From NCBI RefSeq assembly GCF_000247565.1, contig NC_016893.1, forward strand, positions 150,001-182,000: a stretch of DNA of 32,000 nucleotides, written 5' to 3'. Numbering within the stretch: position 1 is the stretch's first letter; each line of letters starts with the position of its first letter. The stretch comes from Wigglesworthia glossinidia endosymbiont of Glossina morsitans morsitans (Yale colony). GTDB taxonomy: Bacteria > Pseudomonadota > Gammaproteobacteria > Enterobacterales > Enterobacteriaceae. Positions 1 to 13,840 of the stretch are shown one piece after another. The notes under the pieces were generated by a model. The model searched no databases. It had not been told where the DNA came from and saw only the letters and a program-made list of their open reading frames with translations. A program made the translations under genes and the position numbers.

Positions 1-339
1 TCGAAATTTTTCTCGAGAAAATATGTTAGATAGATGTACTTCTATAAATGGAATATTAACTGACAAAAGTGAATCTCTTAACGCTACACTAGTATGTGTC
101 AAAGCGGACGGATTAAGAATAATAAAATTTATTTTTTTATATGATTTATGTATGCAATTTATAATTTCGTGTTCTGCATTTGATTGAAAATGTGTAATTC
201 TAGCATTTATTTTATTTGATATTAAATTAATCTCGTTTAATAAATCTGATATAGATTTATTTCCATATATATTTTTTTCTCTTAATGATAATAAATTTAA
301 ATTTGGTCCATTTAGAATTAATAAATTAAATTTTTTCAT
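1..339 (-). CDS. aroQ: 3-dehydroquinate dehydratase, type II (N-terminal 113 codons; 3' end lies beyond the window edge)
   Basis: Not in the ORF track because it has no in-window stop. Manual reverse-strand translation from ATG (339-337) stays open to position 1: [33 protein letters not shown]...[42 protein letters not shown]. This matches E. coli AroQ blocks (LLNGPNLNxLGxRE, [32 protein letters not shown]). Confidence 0.85.
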   Translation of the reverse strand, partial: MKKFNLLILNGPNLNLLSLREKNIYGNKSISDLLNEINLISNKINARITHFQSNAEHEIINCIHKSYKKINFIILNPSALTHTSVALRDSLLSVNIPFIEVHLSNIFSREKFR

Positions 340-672
340 TATTTTAAGGTAACTCTAACTAAATTCAATATTAATTTATGACTATCTAGATTAACGCAAA
401 TAAGATAGAATCTAATTGTAATTTAAATCAAAAGTGCTGTTAAGTTTGTCTGTATAGCTTATCCTGAAAAAAGATTATAACAAACTTAATAAATTTTTAC
501 GAGTAATATTTTCTTTAATTAATTTTGTTATTTAGTGTAAAAATATTCATAGAATTATAAAATTAAGATGAATGAAAAATTTCAATAAAATAATACCTTA
601 AAACTAATTAGTAATTTAACATTTTATATTTTATTAATATATTAATTTACTAATATAAATAAATTAATTTAA

Positions 673-1731
<1,059 letters not shown>

Positions 1732-1784
1732 CACATAAGTAAATAATTATATGCTATTTTAAATAATTTAAAATAATTGTTATT

Positions 1785-2693
1785 ATGAAATTTATATCTA
1801 ATAAACCTATTATATACATTAAATTTATTTTAGCAATAGTTTCAGCAATTGTCATTATGTACTTTGATACACATCATCAAAATTTTTTTAAAATGAGATC
1901 AATGTTTGATAGAATGACAAATCCAATATATCGCATAATAAATGTACCTTATAAAATTTTTGATCACATATTTAATTTATGTTCTACTAAATTGCATTTA
2001 TCAAACATTAATCAAAAATTACATACAAAAATATTAGAAATTAGCAGCGATCAATTACTATTTAATCAATATAAAGAAGAAAATATACGTTTAAGAAAAT
2101 TATTACATGCTCCATTAAAACAAGATATAAAAAAAATTTTTGCAACAGTAATATCTAAAAACATTGATTTCTACACTAGTCAAATTATAATCGATAAAGG
2201 AACATCTGATGGTATACAATGTGGGCAATCTGTTATTGATTATCAAGGTATTATCGGTCAAGTCATTGCAAGTAACAAATTTACCAGTAGAGTTTTATTA
2301 ATATGTGATTTTGCCCATGCAATTCCACTACAAAATTTACGAAGTAACATTCGATTTATAGCTTTCGGAAATGGTTATAATCATGATTTACGTATAGAAT
2401 CATTAAAAGATGATGTAGATCTTCAGGTAGGTGATATACTAGTAACTTCAGGAATAGGGGGCATATTTCCTGAAGGGTATCCAGTAGCAATTATTTCTTC
2501 AATAATCAAAAAACAGGATAATGTTTATCAAGAAGTGTATGCGCATCCTATTGCAAATTTTAGTACATTAAGATTTGTATTGATTTTAAAAGATAATCAT
2601 CATTTTATACATGAAAATCCTCCGGAAATTCCAAAATCTGTTATTCAAGTTGAAAAAAAACGTTTTATGGAGCTCATGCAAGAACTTAAATAA
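1785..2693 (+). CDS. mreC: Rod-shape-determining protein MreC (shorter than the E. coli protein; C-terminal tail missing)
   Basis: 302-aa ORF lying between mreB and mreD. It has an N-terminal TM segment, a coiled-coil-like region and conserved MreC core motifs (GIIGQV..., VTSG.GGIFPEGYPVA). Confidence 0.9.
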   Translation: MKFISNKPIIYIKFILAIVSAIVIMYFDTHHQNFFKMRSMFDRMTNPIYRIINVPYKIFDHIFNLCSTKLHLSNINQKLHTKILEISSDQLLFNQYKEENIRLRKLLHAPLKQDIKKIFATVISKNIDFYTSQIIIDKGTSDGIQCGQSVIDYQGIIGQVIASNKFTSRVLLICDFAHAIPLQNLRSNIRFIAFGNGYNHDLRIESLKDDVDLQVGDILVTSGIGGIFPEGYPVAIISSIIKKQDNVYQEVYAHPIANFSTLRFVLILKDNHHFIHENPPEIPKSVIQVEKKRFMELMQELK

Positions 2694-2726
2694 CATTAAT
2701 GTTGAAAATTTATTAATTTAATTTAA

Positions 2727-3224
2727 ATGAAAAATGTATACTTTTTACATACATGTATCGCGTATATTTTATTTTTAATTGCTTTTATATTACAAAGTAT
2801 ACCATGGCCACAAAATATTTATTTTTTAAAACCGTCTTGGGTATATTTAGTATACTCTTGTTTAGTCGTTATATTTCCTGAAAAAGTGAATATAGGTACA
2901 GGATTTACTTTAGGAATAATTTTAGATTTATTTGTTGGATCAAAATTGGGTATACAAGCGTTCTTATTAACTATTTTATCATATTTAATTATTATTAAAT
3001 TACAATGGTTTCGTAAAGTTTCTTTATTTAAAAAAACATGTTTAATGTCATTTTTTTTATTTTTGATAAAATTTATTATATTCTCTTATATATATTTAAC
3101 AAATTATATAACGTTTCAGATAAGCTATTTCGGAAATATATTAACTGATATAGTTTTATGGCCTTGGATATTCGCTGTAATAAAAAAAATTTTTGTTTTT
3201 TTTAAAATTATTAATCGATATTGA
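2727..3224 (+). CDS. mreD: Rod-shape-determining membrane protein MreD
   Basis: 165-aa polytopic hydrophobic ORF directly after mreC. It aligns with E. coli MreD (LQ..PWP.N...KP.WV.L, VN.GTGF..G.ILDL..GS.LG, VLWPWIF). Confidence 0.85.
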   Translation: MKNVYFLHTCIAYILFLIAFILQSIPWPQNIYFLKPSWVYLVYSCLVVIFPEKVNIGTGFTLGIILDLFVGSKLGIQAFLLTILSYLIIIKLQWFRKVSLFKKTCLMSFFLFLIKFIIFSYIYLTNYITFQISYFGNILTDIVLWPWIFAVIKKIFVFFKIINRY

Positions 3225-3237
3225 TTTTTTTAAAATC

Positions 3238-4881
3238 TTACTTATTTTTCCATGATTGATAGCAATTTATTAATCCATTTGTAGAACTATCATAAGAAGT
3301 AATATCGATATTATCTGTTTTTAAAGATGAAAATAATTTTTTAGATAATTTTTTTCCTAATTCTACGCCCCATTGATCAAAACTATTAATGTTAAAAATG
3401 ACACCTTGCATAAATATTTTATGTTCATACATAGCAATTAGTGCTCCTAAACTATAAGGATTAATTTCTCTTATTAAAATTGAGTTGCTTGGACGATTTC
3501 CTTGTAGTGTTTTAAAAGGAAAAACTTTGCTTCTAAAATAGTTTTTAAAAATATTTTTACAATCAGTTTTCAATAATTCTCCAAAAGCCAATGCTTGAGT
3601 TTGTGCAAAAAAATTTGCAAGCAACTTTTGATGATGATCAGATACTGGATTATGTGTAATTGTTGGCGCTATAAAATCGCAGGGTACTAGTTTAGTCCCT
3701 TGATGCATTAATTGATAAAATGCATGTTGACTATTAGTCCCATAGCCTCCCCAAACAATCGGACCAGTTTGGTAATTAATTATTTTCCCATTGCGATCAA
3801 TAGATTTACCATTAGATTCCATATTTACTTGTTGAAAATATGCAGAAAACAAATGCATATATTGATCGTATACTAAAATTGATTCTGTTTCAAATTCAAA
3901 AAAATTATTATACCAAATACTAATTAAACCTAGTATAACTGGAATATTTTTTTCAAAAGGTTGATTTAAAAAATGCTGGTCCATTGCATATGCGCCATTT
4001 AATAATTGTTCAAAATTATTAAAACCAATAGATAAAGCAATGGATAAACCGATACAAGACCATAACGAATATCGACCTCCCACCCAATCCCATAGCTCAA
4101 ATATATTATTTGCATCAATTCCAAATTTTTTTACAGCTTCTATATTGCTAGACAATGCAATAAAATGTTGAGATAAGTATTTTTTATCTTCTGCAGATTT
4201 TAAAAACCAATCACGTGCACTATAAGCATTCGTAAGTGTTTCCTGTGTAGTAAAAGTTTTCGATGCTATTAAAAATAAAGTATTTTTAGGATTTAAAGTT
4301 TTTAATGTTTCTGTAATATGTGTACCATCGATATTAGATATAAAATGTACATGAAGATGATTTTTATAAAATTTTAATGCTTCTGTAACCATATATGGTC
4401 CTAAATCAGATCCTCCAATACCAATATTAACAATATTAGTAATGTTTTCTCCAGTAAATCCTTTCCAGTTCCCATTTATTAAATTTTTGCAGAAAAATTT
4501 CATTTTTTTTAAAACCGATTGAATTTTTGGCATAATATTAATGCCATCAATATCAATTGCAATATTTGTACGATTTCGTAAAGCAGTATGTAGAGCAGCA
4601 CGATACTCAGTGTTGTTGATTTTTTTGCCATTAAACATAGATATAATTGAATTATGTAAATCACATTCTTCTGCTAATTTAATTAATTTATCTATTGTTT
4701 CTGACATAATAATATTTTTAGAATAATCGATTAATATTATATCATTAAAATATATTGAAAAAGAATCAAATCGATTACTATCTGCTTGAAATAAATCTCT
4801 AATATTGATTTGCTTCATTTTATTAAAATGATACTGTAATTCTTTCCAAGCACGTGTTTTTGTTGGATTAATATTTTTCAT
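3238..4881 (-). CDS. pgi: Glucose-6-phosphate isomerase
   Basis: 547-aa ORF colinear with E. coli Pgi ([58 protein letters not shown] motif as [25 protein letters not shown]). Confidence 0.97.
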   Translation of the reverse strand: MKNINPTKTRAWKELQYHFNKMKQINIRDLFQADSNRFDSFSIYFNDIILIDYSKNIIMSETIDKLIKLAEECDLHNSIISMFNGKKINNTEYRAALHTALRNRTNIAIDIDGINIMPKIQSVLKKMKFFCKNLINGNWKGFTGENITNIVNIGIGGSDLGPYMVTEALKFYKNHLHVHFISNIDGTHITETLKTLNPKNTLFLIASKTFTTQETLTNAYSARDWFLKSAEDKKYLSQHFIALSSNIEAVKKFGIDANNIFELWDWVGGRYSLWSCIGLSIALSIGFNNFEQLLNGAYAMDQHFLNQPFEKNIPVILGLISIWYNNFFEFETESILVYDQYMHLFSAYFQQVNMESNGKSIDRNGKIINYQTGPIVWGGYGTNSQHAFYQLMHQGTKLVPCDFIAPTITHNPVSDHHQKLLANFFAQTQALAFGELLKTDCKNIFKNYFRSKVFPFKTLQGNRPSNSILIREINPYSLGALIAMYEHKIFMQGVIFNINSFDQWGVELGKKLSKKLFSSLKTDNIDITSYDSSTNGLINCYQSWKNK

Positions 4882-5034
4882 GAAAATTTACAATAGATAC
4901 ATGAATGAAATAAGTATTTGTCTTAATTTTTGAAAATTACATGTTTTATGATTTATTTATTTGTATTAAAATTTCATTAAATTTATTAATTATATACATT
5001 GCATCCGCATATATTGTAAATAAATTAAATCTTC

Positions 5035-6714
5035 TTAAAATTTTTTTTTTAATATTTTTAATATATAATCTGTAATACAAAGAGCACTTACTTTATATAC
5101 TTGTCCAGTTATTCGATTTTTGTGTTCTATTTGTTGAGTTTTCAAATTATTTTCACTTATAATTAAAATATGCGGAATTCCTATAAGTTCAATATCTGAA
5201 AACATCACCCCAGGCCTTATAAAACGATCATCAAATAATACTTCTATGTTAGAATTACACAATTGATAATAAATTTTCTCGGATACTTGTTTGACTTTTT
5301 CTGATCTATGAAGATGAATTGGAATAATTGCTACATGAAAAGGTGCAATCTCCTGATTCCAAATAATTCCATGATCATCATGATGCTGCTCTATATAAGC
5401 TGAAATTAATCGACTTATTCCAATTCCGTAACATCCCATAAATAAATTTTTATGACAATTTTTCTTTATATTAGATAGAGATATAACTTTTGTATACTTA
5501 TCGCCTAATTGGAAAATATGTCCTATTTCGATACTTTTTGAATAAGCATGACTATCTTTATTTTTAATGGTAATGTTTTTTTTTTCAATATATCTTAAAT
5601 CTGTAACCCATTTGACAGCTACATCTCGATACCAGTTAATATCAAAGAAATATTTATTATTAATATTTGCACCTGAAATAAAATTTTTCATTAAAATAGC
5701 ATAGTAATCAACAATTAATAGACATTTTAAGTTTATAGGACCTAAATAATTTATATGTATTTTAAAATGTAAATTAATCTCATTGTTACTTAATATCTTT
5801 AACGGTTTTTTCACTAAATATAGTTGTTCTGCTTTATTAATATCCAATATGTGATCATCACGCAAAGCTAATCCGATAAATGGAATTGCTTTATTGTTAG
5901 AATGTACTAGTATAATTTTTAAAATTCTTTTTTTATGAACATTAAATTTTTTAGATAAATCAGACATATTTCGAACGTTCTTGTCTTCTACTAATCTTAA
6001 TTTATTTATCTTAGATACATTATTATTGTTTAATTTTTTTTTATTGAAATAATTTTTTATGTATGTTTGATTGCAATATGCTAGAAATTCATGTGAAATG
6101 CATCCTCCAATGCGACCTGTTTCTGCTGGCAAACAAAAAAAATTTAAATTTAATCGCTTAAAAATTATGTTATATGTTTGATACATTATATGATATGAAT
6201 CTTCTAAAGACTCTTGATTTGTATGAAAAGAATATGCATCTTTCATAATAAATTCTTTAGCTCTGATCATGCCATATTTTGGACGAATTTCATCTCTAAA
6301 TTTAGAATAAATTTGATAAAAATTCATAGGAAATTTTTTATAATTATTTATTTCATGACAAATTATTTGTGTAATAAGTTCTTCATTAGTCGGCGATAAA
6401 ATAAATTCTTTATTTCTTCTATCGGTTAGTTTAAATAGTTCCAAACCATATTCATTATATCGTCCACTTTTTTTCCATAGTGATCTTGGATGCATGATTG
6501 GCATAAGAATTTCTATAGCTCCAATTTTATTCATTTCGTAACGTATTATTTTTTTAATTTTTTTTAGTACACGTAATCCTGTAGGTAACCAAGAATATAA
6601 ACCAGATGCTACTTTATAAATCATTCCTGATCGCAACATTAATTGATGACTAATACTTTCTGTATCAGAAGATACTTCTTTTAATGTTGCAAGATAATAT
6701 TGACTAATGCGCAT
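5035..6714 (-). CDS. proS: Prolyl-tRNA synthetase (bacterial type with insertion/editing domain)
   Basis: 559-aa ORF colinear with E. coli ProS (MR.SQY.L.TLKE.P.D.E..SHQLMLR.GMI...ASG.Y.WLPTG.RVL.K; class II motifs FRDE.RPR-like FRDEIRPKYG, GCYGIG.SR). Confidence 0.95.
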   Translation of the reverse strand: MRISQYYLATLKEVSSDTESISHQLMLRSGMIYKVASGLYSWLPTGLRVLKKIKKIIRYEMNKIGAIEILMPIMHPRSLWKKSGRYNEYGLELFKLTDRRNKEFILSPTNEELITQIICHEINNYKKFPMNFYQIYSKFRDEIRPKYGMIRAKEFIMKDAYSFHTNQESLEDSYHIMYQTYNIIFKRLNLNFFCLPAETGRIGGCISHEFLAYCNQTYIKNYFNKKKLNNNNVSKINKLRLVEDKNVRNMSDLSKKFNVHKKRILKIILVHSNNKAIPFIGLALRDDHILDINKAEQLYLVKKPLKILSNNEINLHFKIHINYLGPINLKCLLIVDYYAILMKNFISGANINNKYFFDINWYRDVAVKWVTDLRYIEKKNITIKNKDSHAYSKSIEIGHIFQLGDKYTKVISLSNIKKNCHKNLFMGCYGIGISRLISAYIEQHHDDHGIIWNQEIAPFHVAIIPIHLHRSEKVKQVSEKIYYQLCNSNIEVLFDDRFIRPGVMFSDIELIGIPHILIISENNLKTQQIEHKNRITGQVYKVSALCITDYILKILKKKF

Positions 6715-7122
6715 AATATAAATTGTCCTTAAGAGGATATATTAACGTATAATTTTTTATATCATTTAATAAATGTAGTATTTATTGTGAGCTTGTTGCT
6801 TAAATATTTTTCAAATATAATTAATTTAATTTATTAAAAAAACTATATAAGTAAGATGTATAGATATAATTTATAAAAAAATTTTTACACAAATACTTTA
6901 TACATTGAATTACAATTAAAAGCATTATTCTTGAGTATACGAAAATTTTTAATTAAATTGTGATCATTTTGATAAAATTAAATAGTTAAATTTTAATTTA
7001 TATTAATCATAAATATTGTATAAATAATTATTTGAAATAATTTAAAATATAAACATTAATAAATTTAATAAATTTAAAATAAAATAATTGTTTTAAAGTG
7101 AAATTAGTTAAGTACAAATTTA

Positions 7123-7191
7123 TTGACAATAACAAAATTACGGTTAAAATTTAATTTAAAGTTTACAATATAAAATTATTTTTTTTATATA
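7123..7191 (+). promoter_or_regulatory. Candidate sigma70 promoter(s) for the tRNA-Ile/tRNA-Ala unit
   Basis: There are two hexamer pairs upstream of tRNA-Ile (which starts at 7203). One is TTGACA (7123-7128), a 16-nt spacer, then TAAAAT (7145-7150). The other is TTTACA (7162-7167), an 18-nt spacer, then TATATA (7186-7191). -10-like hexamers are abundant in this A/T-rich spacer, so only the -35 matches carry information. Confidence 0.3.
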
Positions 7192-7202
7192 AAAAAATCT
7201 AT

Positions 7203-7276
7203 AGGCTTGTAGCTCAGCCGGTTAGAGCACACCCCTGATAAGGGTGAGGTCAGTGGTTCAAGTCCACTCAAGCCTA
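7203..7276 (+). tRNA. ileT: tRNA-Ile (anticodon GAU)
   Basis: The 74-nt sequence aggcttgtagctcagccggttagagcacacccctGATaagggtgaggtcagtggttcaagtccactcaagccta is nearly identical to E. coli tRNA-Ile1. It folds as a cloverleaf with anticodon loop cTGATAa. No CCA is encoded; the next nt are AAA. Confidence 0.95.
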
Positions 7277-7279
7277 AAA

Positions 7280-7352
7280 GGGGCTATAGCTCAACTGGTA
7301 GAGCATCTGCTTTGCACGCAGAAGGCTGGCGGTTCAATTCCGCCTAGCTCCA
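7280..7352 (+). tRNA. alaT: tRNA-Ala (anticodon UGC)
   Basis: The 73-nt sequence ggggctatagctcaactggtagagcatctgcttTGCacgcagaaggctggcggttcaattccgcctagctcca closely resembles E. coli tRNA-Ala1B. The G3:U70 identity pair is present. It starts 3 nt after tRNA-Ile. No CCA is encoded. Confidence 0.95.
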
Positions 7353-7600
7353 AAATAATCAAATAAAATATTTATTTTAAAATATAAAAAAACTTTAAAA
7401 TATTTTTATTCAAAAATAAGAAAATATACATACTAAAAATTAGTCGTTAATAATTTCAAATATTTAAAATATAAATTTTTATAAATGTTAAACAAAAAAA
7501 TTTTAAAAATATTATAATATTAAAAAATCAAATTTTTAAAAATATCAATTATCAAAAAATTTGTATTCATTTTTCTACTTAAAAATTCACACAGATATAA

Positions 7601-9898
<2,298 letters not shown>

Positions 9899-10036
9899 AA
9901 ATAACAAAATTATGCATCTAAAAAAAATAATTTTATTTTAATTTTAACAAATGTGTTACACTGAAAAACTTGCATATAATATATTAGCAGTAATTTCATC
10001 TTCTATAAAATTAGAAAGTTATTAAAAGGAATAAAT

Positions 10037-10666
10037 ATGAAATTTACTTTACCAAATTTGAATTATGATTATAACGAATTTGAACCTTTTTTAGATGCTA
10101 AAACAATGATGTTGCATCATACTAAACATCATCAAGCGTATATTGATAATGCAAATTTGATTTTAAGATCTTGTCCAAATATATCAAATTTATCTATTTC
10201 TGAACTTATTCAAAATCTAAACATATTTACTGAAACAAAAAAAATTCAATTTCGTAATCATGGAGGAGGACATTTTAATCATTCATTTTTTTGGAAAACT
10301 TTAAGTAAAAATAATGCATCTATGCATATATCATTGAAAAATTCTATAATCGATGACTTTGGTTCAATCGAAAAATTTAAAAAAAAATTTGAAGAAGTTG
10401 CTATGAGTCATTTTGGTTCTGGATGGGTATGGTTAATTAAAAATACGCAAGGATCATTATCTGTTGTTAGCACATCTAACCAAGATAATCCGTTAATGGG
10501 AGTAGATGTTTGCGGCGTATTTGGTCATCCTATACTTGGTTTAGATCTTTGGGAACACGCATATTATTTAAATTATCAAAATCGCAAAAAAGATTATGTA
10601 CAAGCATTTTGGAATATAATTAACTGGAATACTGTGTATTTACGTTTTGTGAATAAAAAAAATTAA
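10037..10666 (+). CDS. sodA: Superoxide dismutase (Mn type)
   Basis: 209-aa ORF aligned to E. coli SodA (LP.L.Y.Y...EP..D..TM..HHTKHHQ.Y..NAN; GGH.NHS.FW; VST.NQD.PLMG; D.WEHAYYL.YQNR..DY). An AAGGA Shine-Dalgarno lies 6 nt before the ATG. Confidence 0.95.
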   Translation: MKFTLPNLNYDYNEFEPFLDAKTMMLHHTKHHQAYIDNANLILRSCPNISNLSISELIQNLNIFTETKKIQFRNHGGGHFNHSFFWKTLSKNNASMHISLKNSIIDDFGSIEKFKKKFEEVAMSHFGSGWVWLIKNTQGSLSVVSTSNQDNPLMGVDVCGVFGHPILGLDLWEHAYYLNYQNRKKDYVQAFWNIINWNTVYLRFVNKKN

Positions 10667-10680
10667 TTTAAAATTGAATT

Positions 10681-12753
10681 TTATTTTTTTATTAAACAAG
10701 TAAAATCGGCTACTTCTAAATAGCATTCTTTTACTTGAATTAAAAAACTTTTTCTTTTATTTCTTGTATAAGATTCTTCAGTAAATATTATAACATTATC
10801 TAAATAAACATTTAATCTTTTTGAAAGATTTTTTAAAACATTTAATGTAGCTTGATAATTATTTAAATATATACATTTTAATATTTTTTTATTAAATAAA
10901 AAAAAGTTTTTTTCGAATCGACTTTCAATGAAACTACTTTTTTGATGAGAAGATAAATTGATTTTTTTAAAAAAACAAAATTGTTTTTTAGAATCATATT
11001 TTTTTAATATATTGTATAATCTTTTGTAAGCGGATAATACTAAAAAAGATTCTTTACATTTTAAAAAATCTATAAGTATACAGATCTTGTTATGTGTATC
11101 TAACAAATCAATTTTTTTGTTTTTTAAAATTAATAATGATTTAACAATTTTTAAATTATATTGATTTTTTGCATACCAAAAAGATACACGTTTCAAAATA
11201 AAATTTATTACTTCTAATTTAGTATTTAAATTAGTAACATTCTTTTGATATAAAAGCAACGATTTTTGAATAAGATTGTGCAAATTAAGATAAATTTTTT
11301 TTTCTATAATAATACGAATTATTCCAAGAGCGGCGCGTTTAAGTGCAAATGGATCTTTTTTACCTTTAGGATACAGAGATAATCCGAATATTCCTACGAT
11401 ATTATCAATTTTATCAGCGATTGATATTATCTGAGCAGTTAACGTCGAAGGCAAAACATCTTCTGAGAATCTTGGATAATAATGCTCTCTTTGTGCTATT
11501 GCGACTTCTTCCAGTTCTCTGTCATATTTAGCATAAAATTCGCCCATAACTCCTTGAATATTAGGATATTCAAATACCATATGCGTCGTTAAATCGCATT
11601 TCGATAAAAATGCTGCACGAGATACATGTACGGCATTATAATTCAATTTGTTAGCAATCCATACTGATAAAGATTGAATGCGTATCGTTTTATCTTTTAA
11701 AGATCCTAGTTTTTCTTGAAAAATTATATTTTCTAATTTTTTAAAACGTTCTTCTAGTTTTATTTTGATATCAAGATTTAAAAAAAATTCGGCATCTAAT
11801 AAACGAGGATTAATAACATTTTCATATTCGTGTTTTATTTTATTTTTATCGCATTTATTTGCGTGAATTATACATATAAAATATGGAAAAATTTTATTTT
11901 CCAATTTATTTAATATAGGAAAACATTTTTGAGAAAATAAAATGTTCTTTATCACTATAGCAGGAAGATTTAAAAATTTCTTTTTAAAAAAACCTGTAAT
12001 AATACTTGGAGATTCTACTAATGAAGTGCATTCTTCTAGTAAAAGATGATTATTAACGATCTTTCCTTGTAATTTTTTTATTTCTAAATTTATTAGTTCT
12101 GCTATAATTTTTTTACGTTTGTAAAAATCAACTATAATATTATTTTTTTTTAACTCACGTTCATAATCATTTGCGTGTATTAATTTTAAAAATTTTTTTT
12201 CTGTGTATGATCCTATAAGTATATAACGATCGATATTGATTTCAAAAATTTTTCCCGAAATAATTTTGTCTTCTAAAAGAGCAGTAATCGAATGTACAGG
12301 ACGTATAAATTGAAAATTTAAATTACTCCATTTCATTTTTTTAGGAATAAATATTTCTTTTAAAGATCTTTTAATAATTTGATATAATACTTGATGAACT
12401 AAATTAGTATTTAGCATTAAATTTTTTTTATCATTAATATTTTTAAAATTGATTAAAGATCTATTTTCTAATTTGTTATCAAATTTATTACAATATAGTG
12501 CGGTATTTTTTGAAAAATGAAAAAATTTTGTAACATTTTTTTTCAAAAAAGAACTTTCAGAAATAATAGGATATAACAAATTTGCTTGTATCGCAAAGCG
12601 CCGATATGTTGCGAACCATTTAATATTTTCATATTTTATAAGTAGCTTTATCATTTCTTTTTGTATATTCTTAAGAAAAGATTTTGCTGTAATTTTAAGA
12701 TATTTTGATGGTAAATCTTCTGTGCCAATTTCTACTAAGAAGTTGTTTTTCAT
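10681..12753 (-). CDS. glyS: Glycyl-tRNA synthetase beta subunit
   Basis: 690-aa ORF 12 nt downstream of glyQ on the same strand (glyQS operon order). The N-terminus LVEIGTE.LP and the central block FEYP.IQGVMG.YA...E...VA.A..EHY.PRF match E. coli GlyS. Confidence 0.93.
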   Translation of the reverse strand: MKNNFLVEIGTEDLPSKYLKITAKSFLKNIQKEMIKLLIKYENIKWFATYRRFAIQANLLYPIISESSFLKKNVTKFFHFSKNTALYCNKFDNKLENRSLINFKNINDKKNLMLNTNLVHQVLYQIIKRSLKEIFIPKKMKWSNLNFQFIRPVHSITALLEDKIISGKIFEINIDRYILIGSYTEKKFLKLIHANDYERELKKNNIIVDFYKRKKIIAELINLEIKKLQGKIVNNHLLLEECTSLVESPSIITGFFKKKFLNLPAIVIKNILFSQKCFPILNKLENKIFPYFICIIHANKCDKNKIKHEYENVINPRLLDAEFFLNLDIKIKLEERFKKLENIIFQEKLGSLKDKTIRIQSLSVWIANKLNYNAVHVSRAAFLSKCDLTTHMVFEYPNIQGVMGEFYAKYDRELEEVAIAQREHYYPRFSEDVLPSTLTAQIISIADKIDNIVGIFGLSLYPKGKKDPFALKRAALGIIRIIIEKKIYLNLHNLIQKSLLLYQKNVTNLNTKLEVINFILKRVSFWYAKNQYNLKIVKSLLILKNKKIDLLDTHNKICILIDFLKCKESFLVLSAYKRLYNILKKYDSKKQFCFFKKINLSSHQKSSFIESRFEKNFFLFNKKILKCIYLNNYQATLNVLKNLSKRLNVYLDNVIIFTEESYTRNKRKSFLIQVKECYLEVADFTCLIKK

Positions 12754-12765
12754 GTTATTTAAAAT

Positions 12766-13683
12766 TTAACTATTTTTTTTACACATAGGAAATCCTAAAG
12801 ATTTTCTATAGTTTAAGTAAACTTGAGCAACTTTTTTTGTTAATGTACGTAAACGCATAATATAATTTTTTCTAGCAGTTACCGATATAGCTCTTCTAGC
12901 ATCTAATAAATTAAAAGTATATATTGCTTTTAATATTCTTTCATATGCTGGAATATGTAAAGGGCACTGTAAATTTAACAAGTTTTGTGCTTCTTTTTCA
13001 TATTGTTTAAAACAAAACAATAAAAATTTGATATTAGTATATTTAAAATTATATTTTGATTGTTGCATTTCATTTTGATAAAAAAACATATCTCCATAAT
13101 AAAGTGTTTGTAAGTTATTTTGACTCCATATTAGATCATACACGTTACCAACATTTTGTAGTTTCATAGCAATTCTTTCTACACCGTAAGTAATTTCTCC
13201 AGTAATTGGAGAACAGTCTAACCCGCCCATTTGTTGAAAATAAGTAAATTGTGTTATTTCCATTCCGTTCAACCATACTTCCCATCCTACTCCCCAAGCG
13301 CCTAGTGTAGAATTTTCCCAATTATCTTCTATAAATTTTAAATCATTTTCATCTAAATTAATCCCAATTTCTTTCAAAGAGCAAAAATATAATTCTTGTA
13401 TATTTTTAGGGGATGGTTTCATAATGACTTGAAATTGATAATAGTGTTGTAATCTATTAGGACTCGTTCCATATCTACCATCGGAAAAACGTCTAGAAGG
13501 TTGTACATAAGCTGCAAAAATTGGTTCTGGGCCAACTGCTTTTAAACAAGTCATCGGATGTGAAGTTCCTGCTCCTACTTCCATATCTAATGGTTGTAAA
13601 ATTGCACATCCTTGTTTATTCCAAAATGATTTCAAATTTATAATTAAATTTTGAACGGTAAATAAATTTTTTTTTCTGTGCAT
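12766..13683 (-). CDS. glyQ: Glycyl-tRNA synthetase alpha subunit
   Basis: 305-aa ORF highly similar to E. coli GlyQ ([62 protein letters not shown]). Confidence 0.97.
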   Translation of the reverse strand: MHRKKNLFTVQNLIINLKSFWNKQGCAILQPLDMEVGAGTSHPMTCLKAVGPEPIFAAYVQPSRRFSDGRYGTSPNRLQHYYQFQVIMKPSPKNIQELYFCSLKEIGINLDENDLKFIEDNWENSTLGAWGVGWEVWLNGMEITQFTYFQQMGGLDCSPITGEITYGVERIAMKLQNVGNVYDLIWSQNNLQTLYYGDMFFYQNEMQQSKYNFKYTNIKFLLFCFKQYEKEAQNLLNLQCPLHIPAYERILKAIYTFNLLDARRAISVTARKNYIMRLRTLTKKVAQVYLNYRKSLGFPMCKKNS

Positions 13684-13840
13684 GATAATTTTTTTATTTT
13701 TATTATATATTACATTATGTAAATTATATAATTATATGAAAATCTATTTTACGTTGTTATAGTTCATCAATTTAATGAAAATGTAGAGTATTATAGATTT
13801 CAATTTAATTGTACAATAAATAAATTATTTGGAGAAAACA

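Noticed and set aside
440-489. Perfect 10-bp inverted repeat TTAAGTTTGT (440-449) / ACAAACTTAA (480-489) with a 30-nt loop, in the aroQ-mreB divergent spacer.
   Set aside because: As a rough estimate, at about 75% A+T the chance of a complementary match per position is about 0.3. Perfect inverted repeats of 8-10 bp with flexible spacing are therefore not rare by chance in 32 kb. The 30-nt loop is large and no flanking signal supports an sRNA or operator. It would only be worth revisiting if conserved in relatives.
4541-4726. 61-aa ORF on the plus strand.
   Set aside because: It is an antisense frame-shadow inside pgi, with no independent evidence.
6214-6399. 61-aa ORF on the plus strand.
   Set aside because: It is an antisense frame-shadow inside proS.
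6715-7122. I considered a possible decayed rRNA or other pseudogene in the 488-bp proS/tRNA-Ile spacer.
   Set aside because: No 16S 3'-end motif is present and there are no G+C-richer patches or ORF fragments. By eye it is uniform A/T-rich filler. A sensitive nucleotide search against rrs would be needed to say more.
7361-7377. AAATAAA-ata-TTTATTT hairpin just after tRNA-Ala, as a possible terminator.
   Set aside because: The stem is 7 bp and all A/T with a 3-nt loop, so it is too weak. Such hairpins are too common in this composition to call.
13829-13840. TTG start proposed by the ORF track for the AI-2E permease.
   Set aside because: ATG 13841 has a GGAG 6 nt upstream. The TTG would place that Shine-Dalgarno sequence inside the coding region. 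I kept the ATG start.
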